Shown here one piece after another: positions 13,001 to 26,974 of a stretch of DNA of 64,000 nt (position 1 is the first letter of the stretch; every line of letters starts with the position of its first letter). The DNA comes from the human T2T-CHM13v2.0 reference genome, Homo sapiens. The DNA lies in assembly GCF_009914755.1 (NCBI RefSeq), contig NC_060935.1; one strand, 5' to 3'. A model generated the notes under the pieces. The model was not told where the DNA came from. It saw only the letters and a program-made list of their open reading frames with translations, and searched no databases. The position numbers were made by a program, and so were the translations under genes.

Positions 13001-13172
13001 GTTGGAAGATATGAAGAGACCAGGAATATTACTTGTAAAAGTACATTATATTGATGTTAGTCTATAAAAAGTATTTCATGGTCAAAAATCTTGGGGATAA
13101 AAAGCCAGGTTACACTGCAGGACTTTTCTTATTTTATCATTGGTAAATGTGTAGCTTCAGGGTAGGAACATA

Positions 13173-13372
13173 CAGTGATGCTCTGAAGTTGGAGCTTACC
13201 ACTCGGTAAATGTTAATTGTTAAATATTCGGGAATTTTGTGAATCAGTTGTTAAGTTGATGGTAGCTTGAAATTGGGCATTGTAGTAATATTTACATCAC
13301 GGAATTTGGTATATGTTACTAATCAGCCTCCACTATTGCCAGAGTTTGTTTATTAGTGCATCACCAACATTG
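13173..13372 (+). mobile_element. MER63A-like hAT DNA transposon (MITE)
   Basis: 'attgttaaatattcgggaattttgtgaatcagttgttaa...ggtagcttgaaattgggcat...tttacatcacggaatttgg'; cagtg...cattg termini. Confidence 0.7.
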
Positions 13373-14056
13373 TGCACATTTTTGTAAACTATACGCACCA
13401 TCAACCCTTAAGTTACTAAGACATTGTATAGGATCAGTGCTGTATGTGGGATTCACTAATAAAATCCAATTGCTTATTTTTACAAGGGAGGAGCATTAAG
13501 TTCATGTAGGTAGTAATTTATTTAGAAAAATAAAATTCTCACTACAAAGAAAAAGGAGATTGGGAAGGTAAACTTGGAATTTGTATGTGAAATGAGGTAA
13601 GGCAATGTGGACTCAAATAGGTAGTTCCCAGTTATTTACAATCCTGTTGATAAAGTTCTCCTGTTATTTCTATCAATTCTCCCAATAGCTTTTATTATTT
13701 TTGTTTCCTGAAACAAGACTTTGGAACACAGAAGAGTTTACCTCAGACAATCTTTGACTATTAAAAGCCTTAGTTCTCTCCTCAGAAGGGTAACTCTGAT
13801 AAAATAATCTCCTTTTACCGATTTCTATGGAATCACATATAAGTTGGTTGGAGGATAGGGGATGACAAAAAAAAAATCAAAAAATTAGAAAATGAAGTAG
13901 AAAGGGTTAGTTCATTAACATTTTTATTAATCACATCAGTGGGCAAACCAATTTATTTACTATCCCTCAAAGAAAATCCACCAAAAAAAAAAAAAAAAAA
14001 AAGGAGAGATACGGTCTAGATACTTTAGACCATGGCACCCTCTGGTTATAGGTCAT

Positions 14057-14872
14057 TACAAAGGAAGGAAAAAGTAATATCTCTTCCTTACCCATTGTAA
14101 GGATCATGGCTGATTTTTAAAAGACAGGTTAAGGCCGGGTGCAGTAGCTCACGCCTGTAATCCCAGCATTTTGGGAGGCCAAGGTGGGAGGTGGGCGGAT
14201 CACCTGAGGTCAGGATTTCTGAAACCAGCCTGACTAACACGGTGAAACACTGTCTCTACTAAAAATACAAATTAGCCAGGCGTAGTGGTGAGTGCCTGTA
14301 ATCGCAGCTACTTGGGAGGCTGAGGCAGGAGAATCACTTGAATCCGGAGGCGGAGGTTGCAATGAACTGAGATCACACCATTGCACTCCAGCCTGGGCGA
14401 CAGAGTAAGACTCCATCTCAAAAGAAAAAAAAAAAAAAAGTCAGGTTAAACAAATTATTTAACAAAGTTATACATAGCACAGGAGGCTACAGAAATAAAG
14501 ACCCAGGGAAAGCTGTATTTTTGTGCTCAGGTTCCACAAAGAATGAATAGTTGTGTAGAAATGTGATTGGGCAAAAAAGAGTGTAGCTTACAGTAATGAA
14601 TTGGGGGTGTGTGGAGAGATTCAGCAAGTCCCATTTTCATTCAGATTCATGTTGGCCTCTCTGTGTAGCATTCATTCTTCCCAAGTAAGGGAAAGAACTC
14701 CTCTAGAATGAGGGTCTTATGACCTACTTTTCAGGCAAGCGAGGTCAGAGAATTTTTTTATGGCCATGCTTCCCATAAAAAAGTGGAGGAAGGTCAGGGC
14801 GACCATCTTGCTCTTTGGCTTTCTCAGTTGCCATAGTAACATATTTTGGGGGTATTGTGCTCTGTGCTGTGA
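14057..14872 (-). mobile_element. Second MER34/MER39-group LTR, interrupted by an Alu
   Basis: Homologous to 11289-11782 ('tcttccttacccat...tcatggctga', 'cagattcat', 'ggtcagagaatttttt', 'catattttggggg'). Confidence 0.7.
14133..14435 (+). mobile_element. AluS (Sx/Sz-like)
   Basis: Full dimer; TSD aaaagacaggttaa (14119) / aaaagtcaggttaa (14436). Confidence 0.94.
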
Positions 14873-17479
14873 TAGAACTAAGATCAGAAGAAAATTAAAA
14901 GCGTCACTATCAAATAGAATCCAAGTCATTTCTTAATTATTTTGGGGTGTGATTCTGTAGGAGACTTACATTCTGCATTGTCAAATTGATGGGAATTGTG
15001 AAACAGTGATCACAATGGAAATAAAATGTAAATAATAGTAATAGAAATAAGAACAATAATGTATATTTTAGAGTTTATACAGCACTTTCACTTACAAGAT
15101 TACTTCCAATTTTAAATTGCGGAGTTACTTGTTAATTTAAATAATTAATGTAAGCGGATGATAACAACATAGGTGCTAGCATCATGTCCTTAAGCCCAAT
15201 GACTTCCAAGAATATTTTGGGTTTTAGACAGTGTAAATTCTAATAAAGTTTAACTCATGCTTTTGTGAAGGTCACTAACATGTTTTCTTTTATTTATTTA
15301 AGCTTCTGACTGGATTTGCAATGAACTCGATTCTGAAGGTTGGCAAATTCCAATACTTACACAACCTTTCCTGTAGGTGTTATCTGATACAATGAGGCTG
15401 AGAAAATTTAATCTTTTCTCTGCCAATCTGTAGAATTGAAGAAACAGTTTTTCCAACTTTATATTCCAAAGCCCAATGTTATATTCTCCAATATAGATAA
15501 ACTATAAGAATCAAAGTTAAATTTTTTATACTTTGATTTATTTAAATTTCTTATATAAAATTATTTTATACTGCACATTGCAAGAATAAACCTATCTGGC
15601 CCATGGGCTAATTGTGAAACTTAATTGTGCTTACTGTACAAGTTGGTCTCCACCTTCTGCACTACTCAACATGTAGTTAAATATCTATAGTCCTTAACCC
15701 TTGGTGTACTGGAGTCACATGTAACAAATCCCAGCTATCAACTCTAAAATTAGGAAAAATATTTTTAGTTTAAATTCTATGTGTGCGTTTCAAGATTAGG
15801 TAACTCATTAACTAAAATGACAATAGCTATAATATAATCAATTCATCAAATACTATTAAAATATAAAAACCAATAGTTTATATCAATTTAGAATTACTCT
15901 GGCTTAGAGTTAAACATTTAAATAACTTATAGTTATTTAATTTTCTTTTGGAAGATAGGTGAAGTCAGTTCATTTGGAAAACACAGATTGTTAATATGCT
16001 ATTCATATGTGGTCACTGTCATATTTTCATATTAAGAACTTATGACATGGCTCGCCTGGCAATGTGGAAATGTATAATATGTAACAAAAGAGATCTGTAT
16101 TCCAAAGTGAGCTGTATAATTGATTAAATGTATGATTCTAAAAATGTTTCATATCACTTTGCCAAAACAAATATTATAAATTAACAAATGAATAAATAAT
16201 AAATAAAATGTATATTAGCTTGAGTAATTTTATTAATCTCAAGTTATTCACATGTGGAGTGGGAAGGGATAGCCTGATTTTGCAGAATTCCTGCAGAAAC
16301 AAACTTGTTGACATGTCACAGATGATCATTGAGTTAGTTTCCTTTTTACTGCACACTCTTTCAGCATGCCATTCTATTCCCATTTCAGCATCTCACCTAA
16401 ATCTGCCGCCCCAAGTTCCAAGGACATGTTTCCTCTTTCATCATACCTCCTATAAGTGCAAGTCTCACTTTGCCTTAGTGTGAACATACTTTAAGTTTAT
16501 GGAGAAATAGGCTTCATAAGACTGGCATAGCCAAGCCTTAAGGTATTTAGGGAAGGAGTGAATAATGGAAGAAAAGTGTGTGAGAATCAACTTTCTGAAA
16601 ATGAGGGAGTTTTTAAACCCTAATTTAAAAAAATGTTTTTAAATAACATTTCTTTCTCTATTTTCTCCTGTAATAAGGGATAAAATAGATTTTTTTCCTT
16701 ATGCATTTGTGTGTGTGTGTTAGATTTATGTGTTACATTGTGTTACATTATGAAGTGGTTAGATTTGCTTAGGAGACCACTATATAAATGAATTATGATG
16801 ATACAAAGGTATAAATGAAAACTTTACTCACTACTGAAAAATACTTGGCACATTACCTAGAATTTTCTTTATATAGTTATATAATAGGGAAATATAGCTA
16901 TTAAATAACTATCTTATCATAATGCTGCAAAAGCATAGTGAAGTCCAGAGGTGTGTTTTCCCCACTAAAGGACTGAGTAACGCATTCAACCTGCATGTAA
17001 CTGCAGAGGAGCGGTTATGTTTATAAGTAGTTGTGTTCCAGGTAGTTAACAGCCTTCTTTTTGTTTGTTTTACTGAAGTTACTGGTATCCATTTAGTTTG
17101 TAGATTTCAGAATTGGGAACTATAGTTGTAAACCTGAGGAAGTCAAAGAAGAAATGAAACCAGTACACACACACACATATACATATATATGCACACACAG
17201 GTAAATTTTATACATATATTTACCCAGATTACTGTGCATTTTTCCTGTCATATTTAGCATATAAGTTGAGCCATAGAATATTGCCATTTTTGTAAGTTAG
17301 AAAGAATAAAAGATTAACAATTACATATGGCTCAACCTAATTGAAGAAATAAACACATCTGTTGTCAAGGTTCTGTATAAAGATAATAGCCACTCTTTCT
17401 GGAGGGTATTCCACATAACCTGGTTAACAAAATTTAAAATATTAGGCCATTTAATTTAATTGAGAAACTAGAATTTGTC

Positions 17480-17775
17480 CATTCCGTCCGACAAATGTTA
17501 TTGTCTATCATGTGAAACAACACAGTTAATGTACGTGCTCTTATAAAGCTTACTTCCTCGTGGGTGAGATAGAAGTTAAGATACACAAGTAAGATAGGTG
17601 TATAGTGTGTTGTAAGATAAAAGGTGGTATGGACAAAAATAAAGCAGGGAACAAGGAGTTACTGTCAAGAACAGAGTTATAATTTTAAAAGATAATCTGG
17701 GAATTCCTCAAAAGAATAAATTAGGTCATAAAGGAAGTAAAGGATAAGCCATGAAACCATCTGTAGAAAAACAGC
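17480..17775 (-). mobile_element. L2 fragment
   Basis: 'tgctcttataaagcttacttcctcgtgggtgagataga...aaaataaagcaggga...aaggaagtaaaggataagccatg'. Confidence 0.55.
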
Positions 17776-18319
17776 CTCATTATACTCCGAAGAGGTACCA
17801 AGTGTTGCTGTTACCGTGTATGCTCAGTGTCACTGATTTGCCTTTATCCTGTGGAGTTGGGTCAGTAGCAAGATTGTAGCTCCTACAGCTCCCATTAGGT
17901 CTTCTCTTTAATTTCTCTGAGTCCTCAACTGGGAGTTCATGACAAGTAGTATCAGTGTCTTCTGCAGGTCACACTCACTGTTGAGGTTACAGAAAATAAG
18001 AAATAAACTTGGGCCTCAGTTTGTCCACCTGTGTTCCAGTTTGTTTTCATAGACTTCAGGTTGTTATTGAAGATTCTATCTTATCCTTGCTTCACTCTGT
18101 TTTGCTTCCAGTTTTTCTTATTGACTGCCAGCCCTTCTGCCCTACTGTGATTTGAGGCTAGCCACCAAATTTAGAAGTGATAGACTTCCATAGATTTCTC
18201 CACTAGCCCTCAGAATCCTGCAAGCCTTAATCCACAGGATACATTCCATATTCCATATCACTTTTACTGGTTTTGCTCTTTAAATTCAACATGAATACAC
18301 TAATCCCCCCCTTAATAGC

Positions 18320-18735
18320 CTCTGAAATATAACATATCCAAACTGAATTTCTGATATTGCTTCTAGCACAGATTTGCTAGTCGCTGTCTTATCTGACATA
18401 GTTAATGTCAACTTTATCCTCCTTCTTGTTCAGCCAAAAATCATGGAGTAATCCTTTTTTTTTTACTTTTATTTTAGTTTCAGGAGTACATGTGCAGGTT
18501 TGTTACATAGATAAATTATGTGTTGCAGAGGTTTGCTGTATAGATTATTTTGTCGCTGAGGTAATAAACATAGTATCTAATAGGTAGTTTTTTCAATCTC
18601 GATGGTTCTCTGAGGCACATCCCACATTCTGTCTTTCTGGAAATTATACTGCTCTACCTTTAAAATGTGTTCAGTATGCAGCCTTCCAAGGCATTTCACT
18701 CTAGCCCAAACTATCTTGTCCTGCCTAGATTAGAT
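18320..18735 (+). mobile_element. L2 fragment interrupted by a short L1
   Basis: 'aacatatccaaactgaatttctgat...ttcagccaaaaatcatggagtaatcc' resumes as 'gctctacctttaaaat...ctgcctagatta'. Confidence 0.6.
18455..18600 (-). mobile_element. 5'-truncated L1 3' end (L1PA15-16/L1PB-like)
   Basis: 'ttttattttagtttcaggagtacatgtgcaggtttgttacatagataaatt...tagattattttgtc...taggtagttttttcaatc'. Confidence 0.8.
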
Positions 18736-20247
18736 AAGGTATCACGTCCTTCCTAGATTATATTAGATAAGATTATCTGTAGGAAGTAAGTATAGATAAA
18801 ACAGAGAAGAAATCCAAGGGCTACCCTAGTTTTCAAAGGTCAGCGAATGGGGCCAAGGAAACTGAGAAGGAATAGCCAGAGGGTGGGAAGAAATTCCAGT
18901 GAGTATGGGAACCTGAGAAACTATGTAAAACAAACAAACAAAAAAGGTGGTTGAAGGAAGAGAAAGTGATCATTTGCCATCTCACCCTATGATTGAAGAA
19001 TTATTTCATCGACAATATGGGCTGTTGTGTTTCATCAGAGTTTCTCACCTGGATATAAAAAATAATGTATATTAGACCGTTTCCCTATGGCATTTGATGG
19101 TAGAAATGTATAAAATATGTATTTTTTATGTTATGAGGATGCATTGCAGAATGATATTTGATGTAAACATAACTTTTACACAACATTTTCATCCATATTT
19201 CTATGAATACCTCAATGATGTTCAATATCACCTTGAGATCCTTATTTACTGAAAACACAGGTCAGTTGAAAAGCTAACAGTGAATTAAGAGATACATGGG
19301 CCTGTCTTGTTAAAAAAAGAAAACTTCTTCAATTCCCCTTCTGCTTCTCAGCTCATTGTTTACTAGTAAATACATATTCTAACAACTCAAGCCACCTGAA
19401 ATATCAATAACAATTTGCCAGTTGCTGTACACATAAAGAACTGATTCTAGACTGAGCTTTTATTTCCAGATTCCAGAAGAGCCACTTAACCTCTCTTTGC
19501 CCGTTAAAAATAGGGCTAAATTATTCCTTAGCACATGCCATAATGTAAATATTGGTAAGATAACATAAATAAAGCTATTTAAATGTCTCAGAAAGAGACA
19601 AAAATAGATTCTTCCTGTGAGTTTCCAAGGATTAGGTATGAAGGGAGACATTATGTGGGTTTTGCTCTGTGTTTTTTGTTTGTTTGTTTTATTTTTTGGA
19701 CTGCAAAAGAGAACCAAATGATATATTGTTGCCTAACCAAGGAATTAAGGAAAGTGGCAGCCACTGTCACAGAAAACTCTAGTAAATAGATGATGCTTTC
19801 ATACAGGCTCGCTAGGCATATTCACATCTTAAAGATGCACATGGAATTCTTAAGTACAGCAAACCTAGAGATCTGGCTCCTTGGAAAACAACTTTCATTT
19901 TTGCCCTGGTTTGTGGTGCACTTAATACCATGCCACTCATGCCATATGCATAGGGGTCACTCTAGTCTTTTCCCTCTTTGCTCACCACATTCAGTCTTTC
20001 TCTAAATTTTATCCACTCTTCCTCTTAAGAATCTTGATAATTACTTTTGTCCAGATTGATACTGTTTTATTTCAGACTGACACCATTCTCTCATGTTTAC
20101 TTAGGTGATCATCTCCCATCTGATCTCCTGAACAAGAGTCTTATAATTCCCTATTCTTTCCTCAGTATGCACAGAATACAAATTCCTTCTTGTCTGGTAG
20201 TTCTCTATTCTCTTCAGTTATATTCCTGCCACTTCCTAAATAGAGCC

Positions 20248-20687
20248 TGTATTAGGCTGTTGTTGCATTGCTGTAAAGAACTACCTGAGATGAGGTAATT
20301 TATAAAGAAATAAGTTTAATTGGCTCATGGTTCTGCAATCTGTACAGAAAGCATAATGACATCTACTTCTGCGGAGGCCTCAAGAAGCTTCCAGTCATGG
20401 CAGAAGGCAAAGGGGGAGCAGGCACATCACATGGCAAGAATGGAGCAAGAGAGAGAGAGAAAGAGAGAGAGAAAAAGGGAGTCAGGGGTGGTGCCACACA
20501 CTTTGAAACTTCCAGATCTTGTGTGAACTCAGAGCAAGAGCTCACTTGTGAACAAGGGGATGGCCCAAGCCATTCATGAGGGATCCATCCCCATGATCCA
20601 AACATCTCCCACCAGGTCGCACCTCCAAAATTGGAGATTACATTTCAACAGGAGATTTGGGTGAGGACAAATATCCAAACTATATCA
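20248..20687 (-). mobile_element. MSTA MaLR solo LTR
   Basis: 'tgtattaggctgttgttgcattgctgtaaagaactacctgaga...ggacaaatatccaaactatatca'; perfect TSD GAGCC at 20243 and 20688. Confidence 0.93.
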
Positions 20688-20784
20688 GAGCCTTTGCTCC
20701 AGACATGCTAAATTACTCAGTGTGGTGATGCACCTCTAGCTTTTGAATGTTTATTCTCTGAGATGCCCCTCCCTTCTTCACCTG

Positions 20785-21024
20785 GGAGGCAGGATAGAAT
20801 AGTGGTCAATGATCCCACAAACTTATGTTCAAATCCTAACCTTCCAGTACATGATGATGAGCAAAGTTCAGAACTTCCCTGTGCCTCAGTTTGTCATGTG
20901 CAAACCGGAAATAATAACAACACCTTCAGTGGCTGTCATGAGAAATGAGATTATTAATGTTTGTAAAGCACTTGGCACAGTGCCTTGTACACAGTGAACA
21001 ATTGGTAGTGTTAGCTATTATTAT
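20785..21024 (+). mobile_element. MIR SINE (near full length)
   Basis: 'gttcaaatcct...ctgtgcctcagtttgtcat...tgtaaagcacttggcacagtgccttgtacacagtga...ttagctattatta'. Confidence 0.8.
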
Positions 21025-21029
21025 ATTTG

Positions 21030-21311
21030 CCCATTTCCAATTCAACATTTTGTAAGTTAAAACTTGCTTATTTATTTTCTGTGGAAACTTTCCCACCATC
21101 TTTCTCTTCTTATCTTCAGGCGAATTAATAACTTCCTCCTTTGCCCTATCTTTTCCATTGTAGAGAATAATTCTGACACATAGTAGAAGTTGTTTATGTG
21201 TCTGCCTTGTTCACTGGACTGTGAAAAATTATTTCTTCATCCTCGTTTTTCCTGTGTAGATCCTAGAACATAAGAAGTACTTCATGGATATGTATTGAAG
21301 GGGTGAATGAC
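21030..21311 (+). mobile_element. L2 3' end
   Basis: 'cactggactgtgaa...cctagaacataagaagtacttcatggatatgtattgaaggggtgaatga'. Confidence 0.5.
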
Positions 21312-21670
21312 AAGTGAGATCAAGTGGTTTCTACCACTAAAAAAAAGAGAGATAAAAGAGAAGTCTTCATCTTTATTCCTAGAGACTATGTATGTGGTCC
21401 TTGAGGGCTTTATGAAAGAGTCTTCCTTCTGATATATGTAAATGCTTTCTTTCCTTGTGCTGTGAAATGAATTTTCTATGGAGAACAGCTCTTTTTCTTT
21501 AAGTTTTACTTCTAGAGAAAGTCCTTCCTTTCTTGCAAATGGTTTCTTTATCGACCCACACAGCTAAAGTTCCAGATGACTTATGGTAGTTACAGCTTAG
21601 TATGCTCACAAGAAGATATTTAAATCCTAGTGCGTTTGAAGTTTCTCAGTGTTATTAAACAATCAGTATG

Positions 21671-22023
<353 letters not shown>

Positions 22024-23579
22024 CTATACTATATTGATTTGCTAGGTTGAGAATGGGAAACTGAATCTGTGTTGTTAAAATGTAGGTTTTAATTTGAAGT
22101 AGAAAGGTGTTCAATTCTTCATAATTAAACCCCCATACACAAATTTTCCTATAAATGAATCTATATCATTATTTTTGTAATGTAATTGCAAAATGCAAAT
22201 TTATTACAAATTTAAATAACAGTACTGTGAATGAATCATCTATGTTAATTCTTATATGCAATATTGATCTTACTCTTTCTAAAAATGTTTTTATATTGAC
22301 TTTGATGCATATGGAAAGAAATTACGAAGTATATCTCAAATGATAATCAAAAGTTTAAGGAGTTTAGCTTTAGGCATTTTGAAAAGTGGCTATGGAATTG
22401 GATGTTTTGATACCTAATACTCGTCTTTAGTGAGGAATTTTAGGAAGTTACCAATAAAAACAATTTATCTTAATAATATAACTCTCCAAGCCACTGGTGT
22501 CATATAAGTAAGAGTTGAAAGTAGACTGATTCTAGAAGATACTTGCTTTTTCCTGCCCAGCCTTTAGCCCCTTAAAGCAGTAGTATCTCTCTTTTAGTAA
22601 GAACAGATGGGTTGGGTTTGTTTTCAGCCTCCAGACCTCTCAGCCTCCACTTTGCTCAGAGAATCAACTTCCTTGGAAAGCTGAAATATCTCTTCATCGT
22701 GGGTTTTCAAGTATAAAATGCTCTGAGTGTCATTAAAGTAGCTTGTCAAAATGTCCCTTATAAAAGAGAGTACTGATCTCAGTCTCCATCCCAGAATGAG
22801 CAATAATCAGAGCCATAGGATGAAGTTCAGATGTACTTAAACTGTTTAATCACTGAAGGAAGTGCAATGGAGCATGTGCTAGGTGGGAATGCTGAAGTCT
22901 TGATTCAGGAGTGGGTTTGGTTTGTATTAGTGCATCTCTTTCATCTCTTATATTCTTTTTTATTTTAAAAAAAAAAAAAGACTTTTATCACCCGGCTACT
23001 TTTGCATGATTGGTGACTTATGTAAACTTTATAAGCCTTAGTTTTCTTTGTATAAGAAGGACATTATATTTAGCTTTTATAATGATAAAAAATAATTTTG
23101 TGAATCTCCTAGTCCCATGCCTGGCCTGCAGTAAGCACACCCCACGTGGTAGTTAGAATGATCTGAACAAGTCATTTTCCTCTGTGAGGCTTTTTTTCCT
23201 CTGTAATATGGCGACTGGATCATCTTATTTCTAAAATCTTTTTTTTTCAGCTTTAATATTCTGTATCTCTCTGATAGTGTCACCTCAACAGTAAAAGTTT
23301 AAATTATAGCAATGCATGATAAATTAGGTGGTTAAAAAGTGTTTTTAAGCTCCTTAAAGCACAACTAGGATGTGAAAAAATATAGTCATGCTTATCCAAG
23401 ATAAGAGCTCAAGTGAAATTTAGTGGCACTTATGGAATTGAAATGTTGGAAAAATATTTTGATCTCATTTAATAATACCAATTATATATACTAATATATT
23501 AATATATAACCTTGACCCAGCCAAATCTTGATTTTAATTGATGCCATAAGGTCAGATATCTGGATTCAGGATTTTCTTT

Positions 23580-23785
23580 GTCATTCAGTAATCTGATAAG
23601 CACCATGTTAAATGTTTTACAAACATTAGTTATTTCACTTAATTCTCATGACAAGCACCATGTTAAGTGTTTTACAAACATTAGTTATTTCACTTAATTC
23701 TCATGACAGCCACTGAGGGAGGTACTATTATTGTTTCCACTTTGCTGATGACAAGTGACATATAAGACATATAGGTAACTCAGTT
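23580..23785 (-). mobile_element. MIR containing a 55-bp tandem duplication
   Basis: 'ttaattctcatgacagccactgagggaggtactattattgtttccactttgctgatga'. Confidence 0.7.
23598..23707. repeat. 55-bp tandem duplication
   Basis: 23598-23652 vs 23653-23707, 54/55 identical. Confidence 0.96.
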
Positions 23786-23984
23786 TTTGGAGTGATTTTC
23801 ACATTCTTTTTCTGGGCGGTATATTTGAGACTTTTTTTAGTATTTGATATTCAGTTTATTTACATTTTGGCCGAAACCAAGCAAGAAAGAATTCATTTTT
23901 TTAATGTTCCATTACATATTTTAAGACATAACCCATTACCCTCAGGGATTAAATTTAGAAGCGTAAATTCTTAAAATAAATCAT

Positions 23985-24170
23985 TTGAGAACAGTAAATG
24001 CAGTGGTTTTGTCCTGTGAAGTCAGACATCTGGATTCAGAGTAGGCATCATTCTTTGGTAATTTGATTATTAACAATGCTCCTCTGAGGATCATTTTCAT
24101 CATCTGTAAAATGGAAATAATAATATATCAATTGCACCTGCTTTATTATGAGCAATAAATGAATGCTATC
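23985..24170 (+). mobile_element. MIR SINE
   Basis: 'gtcagacatctggattca...ctctgag...tttcatcatctgtaaaatggaaataataata'. Confidence 0.7.
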
Positions 24171-24204
24171 ATTAATAACAACAAGTTATTAATAACAACA
24201 AGTA
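24171..24204. repeat. 17-bp tandem duplication (ATTAATAACAACAAGT)
   Basis: Exact 16-mers at 24171 and 24188. Confidence 0.85.
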
Positions 24205-24374
24205 TGTGTCTAGAGATGCATCAAAGTGTAATAATAACTAAGATATTTCGGACCCGGTGCTAGAGAGATTTATGCAAAAACTCCAATTTGTATAATACTC
24301 TTGAAACTTATACAAAAAATATATCGTATTTCTAGTTGGCTCATGGTTGAGTTGGATAAGTATCTTACATAAAG

Positions 24375-24525
24375 GTGTATAACATCCCTAATTTACAAAT
24401 GAGGAGCAGTCTCAGAGAGGTACAAGAGCCCAATGAAAATTATACAACTGATGAATGAGAGAGTTGGAATCTGAAATCCAAATTTCAACAGATCTGTTTG
24501 TCTTCAACGCCCACATATTTTCCAA
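24375..24525 (-). mobile_element. MIR SINE
   Basis: 'catccctaatttacaaatgaggagcagtctcagagagg...gagttggaatctgaa'. Confidence 0.6.
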
Positions 24526-25589
24526 ATAATCTACAAAAATGATGAATACAAGTTCTTGAAAAACAAAATTAATTTTCCAAATTCTCTGATAGTGAGAATT
24601 TACTTTCCTCGAAGTAGATGAATGAAATGAGGGATTGGTATTTTTTTCTAATCTGTGGTTCAAGATGCAGATTTGTCCTCAGTAAAGACAAGACATGACA
24701 GTCATGTCCAATTGCACAGTGAAATGCAGTAAAAATAATTGTTCAGGAAATGGTATTACTAAGTGCATCACAATTTCTTGTACCAGTTATTTTTCTCTTT
24801 CCCAGGGGTAGCCTGTCATACACTGTGTAATATTTTCATGTATTATGAACATATCTTCCAGCTGATTTTTGCAAATATGTAGATAATAAAATTTATTAGA
24901 TTTTTATTGCTACGGGAAGATTACATATGCTTATGAATTAGTTCTTTAGAAATATAGCAAGCATGGGGCATCTTGTAATCAAATAAACTATTTAGATACT
25001 AGGCTAGAAAATTCTCCAAGCTCTTTGAGTTGCAGCAACTTGATTTTTTTAAAAACAACTTTGGTGCTGTCTCTTTAAGTGGATTGGCAAAATAAAGTAA
25101 GCTGTCAGTGGAAATGTTTTCAAAAAATATCTTTGCAGATGGATGACAAGATGGATGATCCGTCTTTTAGGTAGATAATGTTTAGGTTTCTTCCATCAAG
25201 AAGCAAGACAACAAACGTGGTTTCCTCTGTAAGAAAGTTTAAATAGAAAAGTTTTCTTTGCTTTTATGAGAATGTTTAATTAAATTTATTAGCCCAGTTG
25301 AAAACTGCTGGGCATATTTTGTTTCTGTACCATAGCTAACAAATGGGTTTTTAGAAATTGGCATGGTTCTGGAAACTTGACATGTCACTTACTCTTCTGA
25401 CATTAATAAGCAGTGTCCTAGAGGTGGTATGTGAAGCACGGCGGGGCTGCAATTCTAATAAATTATCTATGTTGAAAGCATGCGTATCAATCTTTACAAG
25501 AAAAATAGGAGGCTTTAAACTTTCAATTTCTTTAAAAAAGTCAGAAGTTTGCAGAAATTATATGAAAAATTATGGGAAGTTTTACTTTG

Positions 25590-25925
25590 TCATTTATTTG
25601 TTTATTCAACAAATATTTACTGTGAGATTATTATATATCATGCTCTATGTTATGCAAAGGACATTTCTTCTGCTTATCTATACAGGTTCAACTTAAACAT
25701 CACTTTCACAGAGACGCTTTCATGACCCCTTACTTGGCTTGATCCTCTGCAATATATTCTTATATATTTTTAACTCCTAATCATACATTTTATTGTTATT
25801 ATTTACATAATGTCCATCTTATCCAATTGTCTGTAAGTTTGCACAGACCAAAAGCCATATCTGTTCTGCTAATTATTTTAACTACAATGTTCGTAGAAGG
25901 AGCTCAATATTTTTTGAATACATTA
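25590..25925. mobile_element. L2 fragments (minus-strand 3' end, then plus-strand 3' end)
   Basis: 'catttatttgtttattcaacaaatatttactg' and 'gttcaacttaaacatcactttcacagagacgctttc...ggagctcaatattttttgaata'. Confidence 0.55.
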
Positions 25926-26974
25926 AACAGGATCCATGAAAATGAGTTTTAATAAACTTGAAATACTATTAATCTTATGGTTAATGATATTTTGTTTAAA
26001 AGTATAATAGATATACAGGGAAGACACAATCTGGGTGCCTGGGAATATCAGGAGTTGGCGACTCTGAGAAAACGTTTGTTTGTTACTGAGAAGAAAAGGG
26101 AAGGGAGGCAAATATAATGGGAAGTGAAAGAAAGTCGTCTAGCACAGCATGTTTGGAAAATTGCAAGCTGTGGAGAGTGAGGTATAGCTTGCCAGGAAAT
26201 GATGTTAGACAAGTGGTAGGAACCAGCGTTTGAAAAGCCCTCCATAATACCTAAGGGATTTTCATTTGTGTTTTTGTTGATGGGAAGATTTTGAGGAATT
26301 GTAAGCAAGAGAATGATAGGACTTAATTTCCATATGAGAAAAAACACTAGTAGTAGACCTTTGAGTGAACAGCTACTTGTAGCCTCAAATATCCACATTA
26401 TATTCCTGGGATATTTGGATGACTTAGTGATTTAGACGTTTCTGTTGACGTATATGCCCAGAAATCTCTATAGGAATACACATTTATAATTATGCCTGAG
26501 GTTTAAAACTTTTCTGTTTTTTGAAATATATTTTTTACTGCTTTATCAATTCACAATTTGAATTAGTTTTCACGTTTTATATTTTACAGACCATAAAACA
26601 TTTATGGTACATAGTGTGATTCCATTGGTTAATCAAATTTGTATCACCTGCCTAAAGACTGGATTTCCCATTTACACATTAATCAAATAATTTTTTTCTC
26701 ACAATAACTTATAATAGGCTAGTTATTTTTTTAGGAAGCAATAGTATACATTGTAGAGTTAAGTTTTACAGTTGTGTACATTTAAATGTTTCTATAGTAA
26801 TAATTTTTCCCACAATGAGGCTCTTCATTTTATGAGCAAAAGACACTAGGCACAGAAAATGAAAATGACAATTCCTTACTTTATGTTATAGGCATTAAAT
26901 TTCAATTATTCATGCATTTTATTCATTGGAGAGGAAAGCTATATGAAGGAGTCATGGCAGTTGAGAGTGACAGT

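Noticed and set aside
17800-18300. Possible MLT2-like LTR
   Set aside because: Only the 3' end faintly resembles MLT2; too decayed to call or bound by eye
23598-23707. CRISPR-like array (also 4557-4603 and 859-900)
   Set aside because: Only 2-3 directly abutting copies, no unique spacers, no cas genes, and a primate context
25130-25180. Plus-strand mini-exon ctttgcag|ATGGATGACAAGATG...TTTAG|gtagat
   Set aside because: Poor polypyrimidine tract, weak donor and no partner exons
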